This document shows, piece by piece, positions 51,744 to 64,000 of a DNA stretch of 64,000 nucleotides (the first letter of the stretch is position 1; each line of letters begins with the position of its first letter). The translations under genes and the position numbers were made by a program. The notes under the pieces were generated by a model. It ran no database searches. It was not told where the DNA came from and saw only the letters and a list, made by a program, of their open reading frames with translations. The DNA is from Escherichia coli (GTDB lineage: Bacteria; Pseudomonadota; Gammaproteobacteria; Enterobacterales; Enterobacteriaceae), in assembly GCF_009931435.1 (NCBI RefSeq), contig NZ_CP043414.1, one strand, 5' to 3'.

Positions 51744-52796
51744 ATGACAGATATTGCGCAGTTGCTTGGCAAAGACGCCGACAACCTTTTACAGCACCGT
51801 TGTATGACAATTCCTTCTGACCAGCTTTATCTCCCCGGACATGACTACGTAGACCGCGTAATGATTGACAATAATCGCCCGCCAGCGGTGTTACGTAATA
51901 TGCAGACGTTGTACAACACCGGGCGTCTGGCTGGCACAGGATATCTTTCTATTCTGCCGGTTGACCAGGGCGTTGAGCACTCTGCCGGAGCTTCATTTGC
52001 CGCTAACCCGCTCTACTTTGACCCGAAAAACATTGTTGAACTGGCGATCGAAGCGGGCTGTAACTGTGTGGCGTCAACCTACGGCGTGCTGGCATCGGTA
52101 TCGCGGCGTTACGCGCATCGCATTCCATTCCTTGTCAAACTTAATCACAACGAGACGCTAAGTTACCCGAACACTTACGATCAAACGCTGTATGCCAGCG
52201 TGGAGCAGGCGTTCAACATGGGCGCGGTGGCGGTTGGCGCGACCATCTATTTTGGCTCGGAAGAGTCACGTCGCCAGATTGAAGAAATTTCTGCGGCTTT
52301 TGAACGTGCGCACGAGCTGGGCATGGTGACCGTGCTGTGGGCCTATTTGCGTAACTCCGCCTTTAAGAAAGATGGCGTCGATTATCACGTTTCGGCTGAC
52401 CTGACCGGCCAGGCTAACCATCTGGCGGCAACCATAGGCGCAGATATCGTCAAACAAAAAATGGCGGAAAATAACGGCGGCTATAAAGCGATTAATTACG
52501 GTTATACCGACGATCGCGTGTACAGCAAGTTGACCAGCGAAAACCCGATTGATCTGGTGCGTTATCAGTTAGCTAACTGCTATATGGGTCGGGCTGGGTT
52601 GATAAACTCCGGCGGTGCTGCGGGCGGTGAAACTGACCTCAGCGATGCAGTGCGTACTGCGGTTATCAACAAACGCGCTGGCGGAATGGGGCTGATTCTT
52701 GGACGTAAGGCGTTCAAGAAATCGATGGCTGACGGCGTGAAACTGATTAATGCCGTGCAGGACGTTTATCTCGATAGCAAAATTACTATTGCCTGA
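51744..52796 (+). CDS. fbaB: Class I fructose-bisphosphate aldolase
   Basis: Start [16 protein letters not shown] gives 350 aa. Confidence 0.9.
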
Positions 52797-52799
52797 TAC

Positions 52800-52950
52800 G
52801 CCTCATACGAACAGCACCACCCCGTAGGACGGATAAGGCGTTTACACTGCATCCGGCAACCTATGCCTGATGCGACGCGGAAGCGTCTTATCATGCCTAC
52901 ATAGCACTGCCACGTATGTTTACACCGCATCCGGCATAAAAACACGCGCA
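52800..52950. repeat. REP/BIME cluster
   Basis: ggacggataaggcgtttacactgcatccggcaa and gcctgatgcgacgc REP-like palindromes after fbaB. Confidence 0.65.
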
Positions 52951-53051
52951 CTTTGCTACGGCTTCCCTATCGGGAGGCCGTTTTTTTTTGCCTTTTACTC
53001 CTCGAACAATTTTCACATTGTCGTTTTTGTGATCGTTATCTCGACATTTAA

Positions 53052-53976
<925 letters not shown>

Positions 53977-53977
53977 T

Positions 53978-55251
<1,274 letters not shown>

Positions 55252-55260
55252 GGACGGTAT

Positions 55261-55713
55261 ATGACTAACCTGTTTGTTCGTAGCGGAATTTCTTTTGTCG
55301 ATCGTAGCGAAGTTTTAACCCATATCGGTAATGAGATGCTCGCCAAAGGTGTGGTTCATGATACCTGGCCACAGGCATTAATTGCCAGAGAAGCAGAATT
55401 CCCTACCGGGATAATGCTTGAGCAGCACGCCATTGCAATACCGCATTGTGAGGCGATTCATGCTAAGTCGTCAGCCATTTATCTGTTAAGGCCAACAAAT
55501 AAAGTTCATTTTCAGCAAGCGGATGATGATAACGACGTGGAGGTATCGTTGGTTATTGCGTTGATTGTGGAAAATCCGCAGCAGCAATTGAAACTTTTAC
55601 GCTGTTTATTTGGCAAGTTACAACAGCCCGATATCGTCGAGACACTAATCACTCTTCCTGAAACCCAGTTAAAGGAATACTTCACAAAGTATGTTTTAGA
55701 TTCAGACGAATAA
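55261..55713 (+). CDS. gatA: Galactitol PTS EIIA component
   Basis: 150-aa ORF. Confidence 0.9.
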   Translation: MTNLFVRSGISFVDRSEVLTHIGNEMLAKGVVHDTWPQALIAREAEFPTGIMLEQHAIAIPHCEAIHAKSSAIYLLRPTNKVHFQQADDDNDVEVSLVIALIVENPQQQLKLLRCLFGKLQQPDIVETLITLPETQLKEYFTKYVLDSDE

Positions 55714-55743
55714 ATCCCTCTGTAACAATAAAAAGGACTATTT

Positions 55744-56028
55744 ATGAAACGCAAGATTATTGTCGCTTGCGGAGGCGCGGTTGCGACCTCTACGATGGCG
55801 GCGGAAGAAATTAAAGAGTTGTGTCAGAATCATAATATTCCTGTTGAATTAATCCAGTGTCGGGTTAATGAAATAGAAACCTATATGGATGGTGTGCATT
55901 TGATATGCACCATTGCCAAAGTGGATCGTAGTTTTGGCGATATTCCGTTAGTTCACGGCATGCCTTTTATTTCTGGTGTCGGTATCGAAGCATTACAAAA
56001 TAAAATTCTGACTATCTTACAGGGGTGA
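55744..56028 (+). CDS. gatB: Galactitol PTS EIIB component
   Basis: 94-aa ORF with N-terminal phospho-cysteine region ([12 protein letters not shown]). Confidence 0.9.
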   Translation: MKRKIIVACGGAVATSTMAAEEIKELCQNHNIPVELIQCRVNEIETYMDGVHLICTIAKVDRSFGDIPLVHGMPFISGVGIEALQNKILTILQG

Positions 56029-56031
56029 CCT

Positions 56032-57387
56032 ATGTTTTCAGAAGTCATGCGTTATATTCTCGACCTCGGCCCTACAGTGATGCTGCCGGTTGTCATCATT
56101 ATTTTTTCTAAAATATTAGGCATGAAGGCAGGCGATTGCTTTAAAGCGGGTCTGCATATCGGGATTGGCTTTGTTGGCATTGGCCTTGTGATTGGCTTAA
56201 TGCTGGATTCCATTGGTCCGGCGGCGAAAGCGATGGCGGAAAATTTCGACCTGAATCTGCATGTGGTCGATGTCGGCTGGCCGGGCTCTTCACCAATGAC
56301 CTGGGCGTCGCAAATTGCGCTGGTGGCGATTCCGATTGCGATATTGGTTAACGTGGCGATGTTACTGACCCGTATGACGCGGGTGGTAAATGTTGATATC
56401 TGGAATATCTGGCATATGACCTTCACCGGCGCGTTGCTGCACCTGGCAACCGGTTCATGGATGATAGGGATGGCAGGTGTGGTAATTCACGCGGCGTTTG
56501 TTTATAAGCTCGGCGACTGGTTTGCCCGCGATACCCGAAATTTCTTTGAGCTGGAAGGTATTGCTATTCCGCACGGTACGTCGGCGTATATGGGGCCGAT
56601 TGCGGTGCTGGTCGATGCTATCATCGAGAAAATCCCAGGCGTTAACCGAATTAAATTTAGCGCCGACGATATTCAGCGCAAATTTGGCCCTTTTGGCGAA
56701 CCTGTCACCGTGGGTTTTGTGATGGGGCTGATTATCGGCATCCTCGCGGGTTACGATGTCAAAGGTGTATTGCAGCTGGCGGTAAAAACGGCGGCAGTTA
56801 TGCTGCTGATGCCACGGGTGATTAAACCCATCATGGATGGTTTAACGCCCATCGCTAAGCAGGCCCGTAGTCGTTTACAGGCGAAGTTCGGCGGTCAGGA
56901 GTTCCTGATTGGCCTGGATCCCGCATTACTGCTGGGGCATACGGCGGTGGTATCGGCAAGCCTGATTTTTATCCCACTCACCATTTTAATTGCTGTTTGT
57001 GTGCCGGGTAATCAGGTGCTGCCGTTTGGCGATCTTGCCACTATCGGCTTCTTTGTGGCGATGGCGGTCGCGGTGCATCGTGGAAATCTGTTCCGCACCT
57101 TAATCTCGGGTGTCATCATTATGAGCATCACCCTGTGGATCGCGACGCAAACTATTGGTTTGCACACCCAACTGGCGGCTAATGCTGGGGCGTTAAAAGC
57201 CGGGGGTATGGTGGCTTCAATGGATCAGGGCGGTTCTCCCATTACCTGGTTACTGATTCAGGTTTTCTCCCCGCAAAATATTCCCGGTTTCATTATTATC
57301 GGTGCAATTTATCTGACCGGTATTTTCATGACCTGGCGTAGAGCGCGTGGCTTTATTAAACAAGAGAAAGTCGTTCTCGCAGAATAA
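56032..57387 (+). CDS. gatC: Galactitol PTS EIIC permease
   Basis: 451-aa polytopic membrane ORF. Confidence 0.9.
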   Translation: MFSEVMRYILDLGPTVMLPVVIIIFSKILGMKAGDCFKAGLHIGIGFVGIGLVIGLMLDSIGPAAKAMAENFDLNLHVVDVGWPGSSPMTWASQIALVAIPIAILVNVAMLLTRMTRVVNVDIWNIWHMTFTGALLHLATGSWMIGMAGVVIHAAFVYKLGDWFARDTRNFFELEGIAIPHGTSAYMGPIAVLVDAIIEKIPGVNRIKFSADDIQRKFGPFGEPVTVGFVMGLIIGILAGYDVKGVLQLAVKTAAVMLLMPRVIKPIMDGLTPIAKQARSRLQAKFGGQEFLIGLDPALLLGHTAVVSASLIFIPLTILIAVCVPGNQVLPFGDLATIGFFVAMAVAVHRGNLFRTLISGVIIMSITLWIATQTIGLHTQLAANAGALKAGGMVASMDQGGSPITWLLIQVFSPQNIPGFIIIGAIYLTGIFMTWRRARGFIKQEKVVLAE

Positions 57388-57434
57388 TTTTTACCTGAGG
57401 GGGAGGTTATCCCCCTTAACAATCAGGAGTTTTT

Positions 57435-58475
57435 ATGAAATCAGTGGTGAATGATACTGATGGTATCGTGCGCGTTGCAGAAAGCGTCATTCCTGAAATT
57501 AAACATCAGGATGAGGTGCGGGTAAAAATTGCCAGCTCGGGCTTATGTGGTTCCGATTTACCCAGGATATTTAAAAATGGTGCACATTATTATCCAATAA
57601 CGTTAGGCCATGAATTTAGCGGCTATATTGATGCGGTGGGATCCGGTGTTGATGATTTACACCCTGGCGATGCGGTTGCCTGTGTGCCGTTATTACCCTG
57701 TTTTACTTGTCCAGAGTGTCTGAAAGGGTTTTATTCCCAGTGCGCAAAATATGATTTTATTGGCTCGCGGCGTGATGGTGGATTTGCTGAATATATTGTC
57801 GTTAAGCGAAAAAATGTCTTTGCTCTACCCACGGATATGCCTATTGAGGATGGGGCTTTTATTGAGCCGATTACCGTTGGTCTGCATGCTTTTCATTTAG
57901 CGCAAGGTTGTGAGAATAAAAACGTTATTATTATTGGTGCCGGAACCATTGGCCTGCTGGCTATTCAGTGCGCTGTCGCGCTGGGAGCAAAGAGTGTGAC
58001 GGCTATCGACATTAGCTCAGAAAAACTGGCACTGGCAAAATCTTTCGGTGCGATGCAAACATTTAACAGTAGCGAAATGAGCGCGCCGCAAATGCAGAGC
58101 GTTTTACGCGAACTGCGTTTTAATCAGCTTATCCTCGAGACGGCTGGCGTACCGCAAACTGTCGAACTGGCGGTAGAGATTGCCGGTCCTCATGCCCAAC
58201 TGGCGCTGGTGGGCACGTTGCATCAGGATCTGCATTTAACATCGGCAACGTTTGGCAAAATATTGCGTAAAGAGCTGACGGTTATCGGCAGTTGGATGAA
58301 CTATTCCAGCCCTTGGCCGGGGCAGGAGTGGGAAACGGCGAGCCGGTTGCTGACAGAACGTAAGTTAAGCCTGGAGCCATTAATCGCTCACCGTGGAAGC
58401 TTTGAAAGCTTCACCCAGGCGGTGCGTGACATCGCTCGTAATGCCATGCCGGGCAAAGTGTTGCTCATTCCATGA
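57435..58475 (+). CDS. gatD: Galactitol-1-phosphate 5-dehydrogenase (Zn-dependent)
   Basis: 346-aa ORF; GHEFSG zinc motif and GAGTIG NAD-binding fold. Confidence 0.9.
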   Translation: MKSVVNDTDGIVRVAESVIPEIKHQDEVRVKIASSGLCGSDLPRIFKNGAHYYPITLGHEFSGYIDAVGSGVDDLHPGDAVACVPLLPCFTCPECLKGFYSQCAKYDFIGSRRDGGFAEYIVVKRKNVFALPTDMPIEDGAFIEPITVGLHAFHLAQGCENKNVIIIGAGTIGLLAIQCAVALGAKSVTAIDISSEKLALAKSFGAMQTFNSSEMSAPQMQSVLRELRFNQLILETAGVPQTVELAVEIAGPHAQLALVGTLHQDLHLTSATFGKILRKELTVIGSWMNYSSPWPGQEWETASRLLTERKLSLEPLIAHRGSFESFTQAVRDIARNAMPGKVLLIP

Positions 58476-58479
58476 AACC

Positions 58480-58512
58480 GCGGGCCAGCGTGATGCTGGC
58501 CCGGTATTGTGC
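58480..58512 (+). terminator. Hairpin after gatD
   Basis: Palindrome cgcgggccagcgtgatgctggcccg downstream of the gatD stop. Confidence 0.45.
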
Positions 58513-58574
58513 AAAACAGATCATTCACCAATGGTCCCCCTTCGTTTACACTAGCCACAATTGAATATGGGTAA

Positions 58575-59354
58575 ATGACGATGAATTCATTCGAGCGAAG
58601 GAATAAGATCATCCAATTAGTGAATGAACAGGGAACCGTGCTTGTTCAGGATCTGGCGGGAGTATTTGCTGCCTCGGAAGCGACAATCCGTGCCGATTTG
58701 CGCTTTCTCGAACAAAAAGGCGTGGTTACGCGCTTTCATGGCGGTGCGGCGAAAATAATGTCCGGTAATAGTGAAACCGAGACCCAGGAAGTCGGGTTTA
58801 AAGAGCGATTTCAGCTCGCCAGCGCGCCCAAAAACAGAATAGCGCAGGCGGCAGTCAAAATGATCCATGAAGGGATGACCGTTATTCTCGACAGCGGAAG
58901 TACCACAATGCTTATCGCCGAAGGATTAATGACCGCTAAAAATATCACGGTGATTACCAACAGTCTCCCGGCTGCGTTTGCCCTTTCCGAAAATAAAGAC
59001 ATTACTCTGGTCGTCTGCGGTGGCACGGTCCGCCATAAAACGCGCTCGATGCATGGTTCCATTGCCGAGCGTTCATTGCAGGATATTAATGCCGATTTAA
59101 TGTTTGTCGGTGCTGATGGTATTGATGCGGTTAATGGTATTACGACCTTTAATGAAGGTTATTCGATTAGCGGGGCGATGGTCACCGCCGCTAATAAAGT
59201 GATTGCCGTTCTCGATTCATCGAAATTTAACCGTCGCGGTTTTAATCAGGTACTGCCAATCGAAAAAATTGACATTATTATTACCGATGATGCTGTGTCT
59301 GAGGTGGATAAACTGGCATTGCAGAAGACACGGGTAAAATTAATTACGGTGTAG
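58575..59354 (+). CDS. gatR: DeoR-family galactitol operon repressor, uninterrupted (start may be the third codon)
   Basis: 259-aa ORF with N-terminal DeoR helix-turn-helix and C-terminal sugar-phosphate binding domain; no insertion element. Confidence 0.85.
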   Translation: MTMNSFERRNKIIQLVNEQGTVLVQDLAGVFAASEATIRADLRFLEQKGVVTRFHGGAAKIMSGNSETETQEVGFKERFQLASAPKNRIAQAAVKMIHEGMTVILDSGSTTMLIAEGLMTAKNITVITNSLPAAFALSENKDITLVVCGGTVRHKTRSMHGSIAERSLQDINADLMFVGADGIDAVNGITTFNEGYSISGAMVTAANKVIAVLDSSKFNRRGFNQVLPIEKIDIIITDDAVSEVDKLALQKTRVKLITV

Positions 59355-59356
59355 TA

Positions 59357-59405
59357 TTGTTCTGTATGCCGGATAAGGTATTTACACTGCATCCGGCATT
59401 TCGGA
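59357..59405. repeat. REP element
   Basis: tgccggataaggtatttacactgcatccggca palindrome after gatR. Confidence 0.6.
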
Positions 59406-59435
59406 TTCTCCCTGGTTCAAGAGAGAATAGTTTGA

Positions 59436-60335
59436 TTAACGCAATAATGGACAATCTGGTGGTAATCGACAACGCAACGCCGCCGGAAGTATTTCAATAT
59501 GAAAGTTTTGTCCGCTCAACGGTTCGCCATCAAGATTAAAAGTGATTTCGTGTGGGGCTTGTATATCAAACCACGACGAAGCGCCTTCGATAATATTCGG
59601 GTTATCTTCGTCAGATTTTAAGGTTGATACGAGAGCCGGAAGAATTTCATCGCCGGTAAAAATGCGCAGTTGCAGCAAGCCATCGTTAATTAACGCGTTC
59701 GGACACAATTGCTGACCGCCACCGGCCTGACGCCCGTTACCAATACCAATGACCAGGGCGTCACCTTGCCAGTGAAAGTTTTCACCGCGGATTTCACAAC
59801 GGTCCGGTTGCAGAGTATCCATGCGCATTAAGCCATGAATGATGTAAGAGACGCCACCCAGCGCGGCTTTTAATTTTTCCGGCGTTTCTGTGGTAATACG
59901 CGTCCCAAATCCGCCTGTCGCCATATTAATAAAACAGGTTTGTTTGTTGACCTGCGCCATATCTATCGCAATGGCGTTACCGGCAATTGCCAGTTTCAGC
60001 GCCTTATCCAGTGCCTCAGGAATCCCTACACTGGTGGCAAAATCATTGGCGGTTCCTAATGGCAAAATTCCCAGCGCGGGTATGTCATCCCCCTCACACT
60101 GAATCAACGCCGTAGAAACTTCATTAATGGTGCCATCGCCACCACCGGCAATCACCGTTGCGACGCCCAACTTCCGGGCCTCCTCTACATATCGTGCGGC
60201 ATCGCCTTTCTCCCAGGTGACCCGCACATGGATCGTCATTCCTTCCTCACGCAACAGCATAATTGCTTCGCGCAAGGGTAGATTGTCAGTACTTTTGCCA
60301 TTAAGAATCAGTAAGCTGGCGGGAAATTCTGCCAT
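59436..60335 (-). CDS. yegS: Lipid kinase YegS (diacylglycerol-kinase catalytic domain family)
   Basis: 299-aa ORF; GGDGT motif ([12 protein letters not shown]). Confidence 0.9.
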   Translation of the reverse strand: MAEFPASLLILNGKSTDNLPLREAIMLLREEGMTIHVRVTWEKGDAARYVEEARKLGVATVIAGGGDGTINEVSTALIQCEGDDIPALGILPLGTANDFATSVGIPEALDKALKLAIAGNAIAIDMAQVNKQTCFINMATGGFGTRITTETPEKLKAALGGVSYIIHGLMRMDTLQPDRCEIRGENFHWQGDALVIGIGNGRQAGGGQQLCPNALINDGLLQLRIFTGDEILPALVSTLKSDEDNPNIIEGASSWFDIQAPHEITFNLDGEPLSGQNFHIEILPAALRCRLPPDCPLLR

Positions 60336-60741
60336 GATCGTATGTGCCTTTATGATTGGTCTGTAGATAGTGTAGAGCAGAAAACAAAAGGTGGAGTCAG
60401 AACAGGATGAAAGTCGGAGGATAAAAAGTCAGTTCAAGTATGGAGGATTCAGTGGTTACCACCAGGAGCTTGCAATGGGGGACAGCGAATACTAACGGCT
60501 GCCACCGATAAATTTCAAAAAAGAGCATATACCTAATATTCAACTAAACAGTGGCATCTTCAATATAATATATTAAAGCCCCCATGGAGTTACCCTGAAG
60601 GGCCTCAATGTCCGTAATTCCTACTTATGTAGGAAATGTTGTACAGAACATTTATTATAATCCTATTCAATTATAATAATCATGCCATTATTATATTTAA
60701 ACACTAGAGAGTGTCGTTGGTATTTAATGGGGGAAGGTGAG

Positions 60742-61059
60742 ATGAAAAAGATAGCTGCTATATCATTAATTAGTATTTTTATTGTGTCTGGTTGTGCTGT
60801 GCATAATGATGAGACAAGTATCGGTAAATTTGGTCTTGCATATAAAAGTAATATTCAGCGTAAACTCGATAACCAATACTACACCGAAGCCGAAGCTTCT
60901 TTAGCCAGGGGCAGAATATCTGGTGCAGAAAATATAGTAAAAAATGATGCAGCCCATTTCTGTGTTACTCAGGGCAAAAAAATGCAGATAGTTGACCTGA
61001 AGACAGAAGGTGCAGGATTACATGGCGTCGCTCGTCTGACATTCAAATGTGGAGAGTGA
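60742..61059 (+). CDS. yegR: Small lipoprotein YegR
   Basis: Start MKKIAAISLISIFIVSGC (lipobox) gives 105 aa. Confidence 0.75.
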   Translation: MKKIAAISLISIFIVSGCAVHNDETSIGKFGLAYKSNIQRKLDNQYYTEAEASLARGRISGAENIVKNDAAHFCVTQGKKMQIVDLKTEGAGLHGVARLTFKCGE

Positions 61060-61217
61060 GAATATTTTTTGGTAAGCGTCAAACATGCGCGTTCTGGTTG
61101 TGCTTAGCCGGAACCTGTGCGAGCACGATGCCGTTACGTGAAAGGCATCGTGCTATGAAGGGAGATTCTATCGATGTGGTCAATGGAAGACGGTGACCAG
61201 GGATAGGGCTTATGCAT

Positions 61218-61244
61218 AAAAAATAAGCCCGTGTAAGGGAGATT
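61218..61244. other. Unoccupied P2-type phage attachment core (attB) within the cyaR 3' end
   Basis: aaaaaataagcccgtgtaagggagatt matches the P2 att core as I recall it; no prophage genes are present between yegR and yegQ. Confidence 0.6.
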
Positions 61245-61304
61245 ACACAGGCTAAGGAGGTGGTTCCTGGTACAGCTAGCATTTTATGGGTTATGTTTTT
61301 CAGC
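61218..61304 (-). ncRNA. cyaR: Hfq-dependent, CRP-activated sRNA CyaR (RyeE)
   Basis: Minus-strand sequence gctgaaaaacataacccataaaatgctagctgtaccaggaaccacctccttagcctgtgtaatctcccttacacgggcttatttttt matches CyaR as I recall it, including the terminator hairpin and U-tail. Confidence 0.85.
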
Positions 61305-61388
61305 GAAACGGATGATAACCTTAATAAATGCAGCTGTATGTGATCGGTTTCTAAGAATTTTCCATCCGGGAAAAATAATCGAAATTAA

Positions 61389-62750
61389 TCACTTACCGTG
61401 GGGGTTACGCGTGGTTTCCCCGGAGAAATGACGCATCAGCAGCGCGTAATTTAGCTCAAGATCCTGCGGCACCGGGAGCCACACAGTATAACCATCGCCT
61501 GGTGCTACCGGCATAGCTTCGCCTTTGGCGTTTTCCATGTGCTCAAGGGTAAAGTTAATGTTGCCTTGCGGCGTCATCAGCTCAAGGCTGTCGCCAACGG
61601 AGAATTTATTTTTCACCGCTACCGCCGCGAGGTCCCCCTTGCGCTCACCGGTAAACTCACCAACAAACTGCTGGCGGTCAGAAACCGAATAACCGTATTC
61701 GTAGTTCTGATAATCGTCGTGAGTATGACGACGCAGGAAACCTTCGGTATAGCCACGATGCGCCAGACCTTCCAGAGTTTCCAGCAGGCTGGTATCGAAC
61801 GGTTTGCCCGCAGCGGCATCATCGATAGCTTTACGATAAACCTGTGCGGTGCGTGCGCAATAGTAGAAAGATTTAGTACGGCCTTCGATCTTCAGCGAAT
61901 GCACGCCCATTTTGGTCAGGCGTTCTACATGGGCGATGGCGCGCAGATCTTTCGAGTTCATGATGTAAGTGCCGTGCTTATCTTCAAACGCGGTCATATA
62001 CTCGCCCGGACGCTGGGCCTCTTCGATCATAAACACTTTGTCGGTTGGTGCGCCGATACCCAGCGTCGGCTCAACATTTTGCACCGGAATCGGCTCGTAC
62101 TTGTGTACGATGTTGCCAACATCATCTTCTTTCCCTTCCTGGACGTTGTACTCCCAGCGGCAGGCGTTGGTGCAGGTGCCCTGGTTCGGGTCGCGCTTGT
62201 TGATATAGCCAGAGAGCAGGCAGCGACCGGAGTAGGCCATGCACAGCGCGCCGTGAACGAAGATCTCGATCTCCATATCCGGCACCTGATTGCGGATCTC
62301 TTCAATCTCTTCCAGCGACAGCTCGCGAGAGAGGATCACGCGGGTCAGGCCCATTTGCTGCCAGAATTTCACCGTCGCCCAGTTCACGGCGTTAGCCTGC
62401 ACCGAAAGGTGGATCGGCATTTCAGGGAAGTGCTCACGCACCAGCATAATCAGCCCTGGATCGGACATAATCAGCGCATCCGGCCCCATTTCCACCACCG
62501 GTTTCAGGTCACGGATAAAGGTTTTCAGCTTGGCGTTGTGCGGTGCAATGTTGACCACGACATAAAACTTTTTCCCCAGCGCGTGGGCTTCATTGATGCC
62601 GAGCTGAAGATTTTCGTGGTTGAATTCGTTGTTGCGCACACGCAGGGAATAACGCGGCTGGCCCGCATAAACAGCATCTGCGCCATAAGCGAAAGCGTAA
62701 CGCATATTTTTCAGCGTTCCCGCCGGGGAAAGGAGTTCCGGTTTAAACAT
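61389..62750 (-). CDS. yegQ: Peptidase U32-family protein
   Basis: 453-aa ORF. Confidence 0.85.
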   Translation of the reverse strand: MFKPELLSPAGTLKNMRYAFAYGADAVYAGQPRYSLRVRNNEFNHENLQLGINEAHALGKKFYVVVNIAPHNAKLKTFIRDLKPVVEMGPDALIMSDPGLIMLVREHFPEMPIHLSVQANAVNWATVKFWQQMGLTRVILSRELSLEEIEEIRNQVPDMEIEIFVHGALCMAYSGRCLLSGYINKRDPNQGTCTNACRWEYNVQEGKEDDVGNIVHKYEPIPVQNVEPTLGIGAPTDKVFMIEEAQRPGEYMTAFEDKHGTYIMNSKDLRAIAHVERLTKMGVHSLKIEGRTKSFYYCARTAQVYRKAIDDAAAGKPFDTSLLETLEGLAHRGYTEGFLRRHTHDDYQNYEYGYSVSDRQQFVGEFTGERKGDLAAVAVKNKFSVGDSLELMTPQGNINFTLEHMENAKGEAMPVAPGDGYTVWLPVPQDLELNYALLMRHFSGETTRNPHGK

Positions 62751-62852
62751 AATTCTCTCGTTCTGATGACAGGTCAGATCCGCTTCACCTGATGAAGCGG
62801 TTAGGGGAGTGCCCCCACTTTAAGGGCGGGCATTGTAGCGCAATCGGCGGGT

Positions 62853-63149
62853 TTAGCTCCAGTGTAAATGTCTGGTGGCGTCCTGGTTTTGGTTAAGGAT
62901 ACGAATGACGATAATTTCCCCTGGTGATTGCAGGAAATAAATGACGTGGCGTTCAAAAGAAAGAACAAAAATACCTTCGCCTAATTCAGGTCTGGGCGTA
63001 CCTATATTATTGTTACTCAGAATCTGGAGAACGTCTGAAAGATGTTCCACATATCTGTCGGCTTGTGGTTCGCCGAAATGGTGATAGCTGTAATACCAGA
63101 TGCCTTCTAAATCCTCATTGGCTTTTGGCATGAGTTTAATAATACGCAC
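62853..63149 (-). CDS. ParE/RelE-superfamily type II toxin
   Basis: 98-aa ORF with ParE-like motifs (EDLEGIWYY, IIVIRILNQNQD); begins 2 bp after the stop of the upstream antitoxin-like gene. Confidence 0.7.
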   Translation of the reverse strand: MRIIKLMPKANEDLEGIWYYSYHHFGEPQADRYVEHLSDVLQILSNNNIGTPRPELGEGIFVLSFERHVIYFLQSPGEIIVIRILNQNQDATRHLHWS

Positions 63150-63150
63150 A

Positions 63151-63402
63151 TTATTTCCTTATCCCTGCTTTCACCTTCCGTAAGAACGCGTCCTTTTCCC
63201 ACGGCTGAGCTTCACCACTACTCAACCCTTCTGCGAGCATGTCACGTAACGCTTGCAGGCGAGACTCTGCTTGCTTTTCTCGAAGTAATCGCAGTGACTC
63301 ACGGATCACTTCGCTTTGGGTGCGATAGTCGCCGGATTCAATTAAGGACTCGATAAATTCACGCAACTCATCGCCGAGATCAACCGTCATCGTTCTGGCC
63401 AT
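63151..63402 (-). CDS. ParD-like (ribbon-helix-helix) type II antitoxin
   Basis: Start MARTMTVDLGDELREFIESLIESGDYRTQSEVIRESLRLLREKQ matches the COG3609 ParD pattern and gives 83 aa; the ORF track extends 15 codons further upstream. Confidence 0.7.
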   Translation of the reverse strand: MARTMTVDLGDELREFIESLIESGDYRTQSEVIRESLRLLREKQAESRLQALRDMLAEGLSSGEAQPWEKDAFLRKVKAGIRK

Positions 63403-63655
63403 TTTACGCCCGCCTGTAAGTAAAAATCTTACATCAGTGTATGTCATAAACCGGATAGCGTCACGAAAGTATTAGAAGATATTTTGGCACATGAACATGT
63501 TCAGGAGGATAAGTATGGGATGGTAAACAAAGAAAGCACAACGAGTGCTCGTCAGTGCCCACTATTTTAATGGCGGCGGTTACTCTTAATTATTAATAAC
63601 TAAGCGTTATTTGGATATAAAGCCGGACGCCAACAACCCACGCCCGGCATCGTAA

Positions 63656-63988
63656 TTACGTATTGTCTTTCACCGTCTGGCTTGTGCCATTGGCTTTAAC
63701 GGAGGCAATTCCGGTTTCACGAGATTGCGCGGTGGCGTACATCTGGCTGGAGCCGATAATTTGATGATTAGCGGCTTTCAGATTGAAATAGAATTTGCCG
63801 TTACTTGCCGTTTTTTTCTCATAGCGTTCTTCTTGCGGGCTGTTGCTACGCACCGACGCGATGCCCTTTTCCGCAGAGGCTTTTGAGGTATACAGCTCGC
63901 TGGTGAGGATAGTCTCACCATTGCCCGCTTTTAGCACAAACCGGAACTGATTATCACTGCTCTTACTGAGTTCAAACCAACCAGCCAT
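63656..63988 (-). CDS. yegP: DUF1508 (UPF0339) tandem-repeat protein YegP
   Basis: 110-aa ORF with two internal repeats (FRFVLKAGNGETILTSELYTSKASAEKGIASVR and FYFNLKAANHQIIGSSQMYATAQSRETGIASVK). Confidence 0.8.
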   Translation of the reverse strand: MAGWFELSKSSDNQFRFVLKAGNGETILTSELYTSKASAEKGIASVRSNSPQEERYEKKTASNGKFYFNLKAANHQIIGSSQMYATAQSRETGIASVKANGTSQTVKDNT

Positions 63989-64000
63989 AATGACTCCTTG

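Noticed and set aside
61539-62792. 417-aa plus-strand ORF antisense to yegQ
   Set aside because: Entirely overlaps yegQ on the opposite strand; no independent support.

Overview
This window is a syntenic stretch of an Escherichia coli chromosome (the K-12 yohC–pbpG–dld–bglX … gatYZABCDR–yegS–yegQ–yegP neighbourhood), read in reverse orientation relative to the K-12 map. Gene identities are from reading the translated ORFs and recalling the K-12 proteins; no database search was run. Most of it is conserved core: pbpG, dld, bglX, the osmF-yehYXW osmoprotectant ABC transporter, mlrA, btsSR, metG, mrp, the cryptic yehABCD fimbrial operon, rcnRAB, thiMD with its TPP riboswitch, yegTUVWX, fbaB, an intact gat operon, and the CyaR sRNA. 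The most interesting part is 14.5–33.8 kb, all on the minus strand: a yehLMPQ cassette (MoxR-type AAA+ ATPase, YehM, VWA-domain protein, double-SWIM zinc-finger protein) followed by yehK, yehI and two intact giant WGR-domain paralogs of about 1260 aa (molR/yehH-like, a pseudogene in K-12). I propose this linked locus as a candidate uncharacterised NTP-dependent sensing or conflict system. It is split by a tandemly duplicated zorO-orzO type I toxin-antitoxin module (not in K-12). Other accessory differences from K-12 are a ParD/ParE-like pair between yegQ and yegP and an unoccupied P2-type attachment core inside the 3' end of cyaR. Several CDS starts were moved inward from the ORF-track start to the start that matches the known protein length; coordinates of non-coding features read off the sequence lines are approximate to a few bases.
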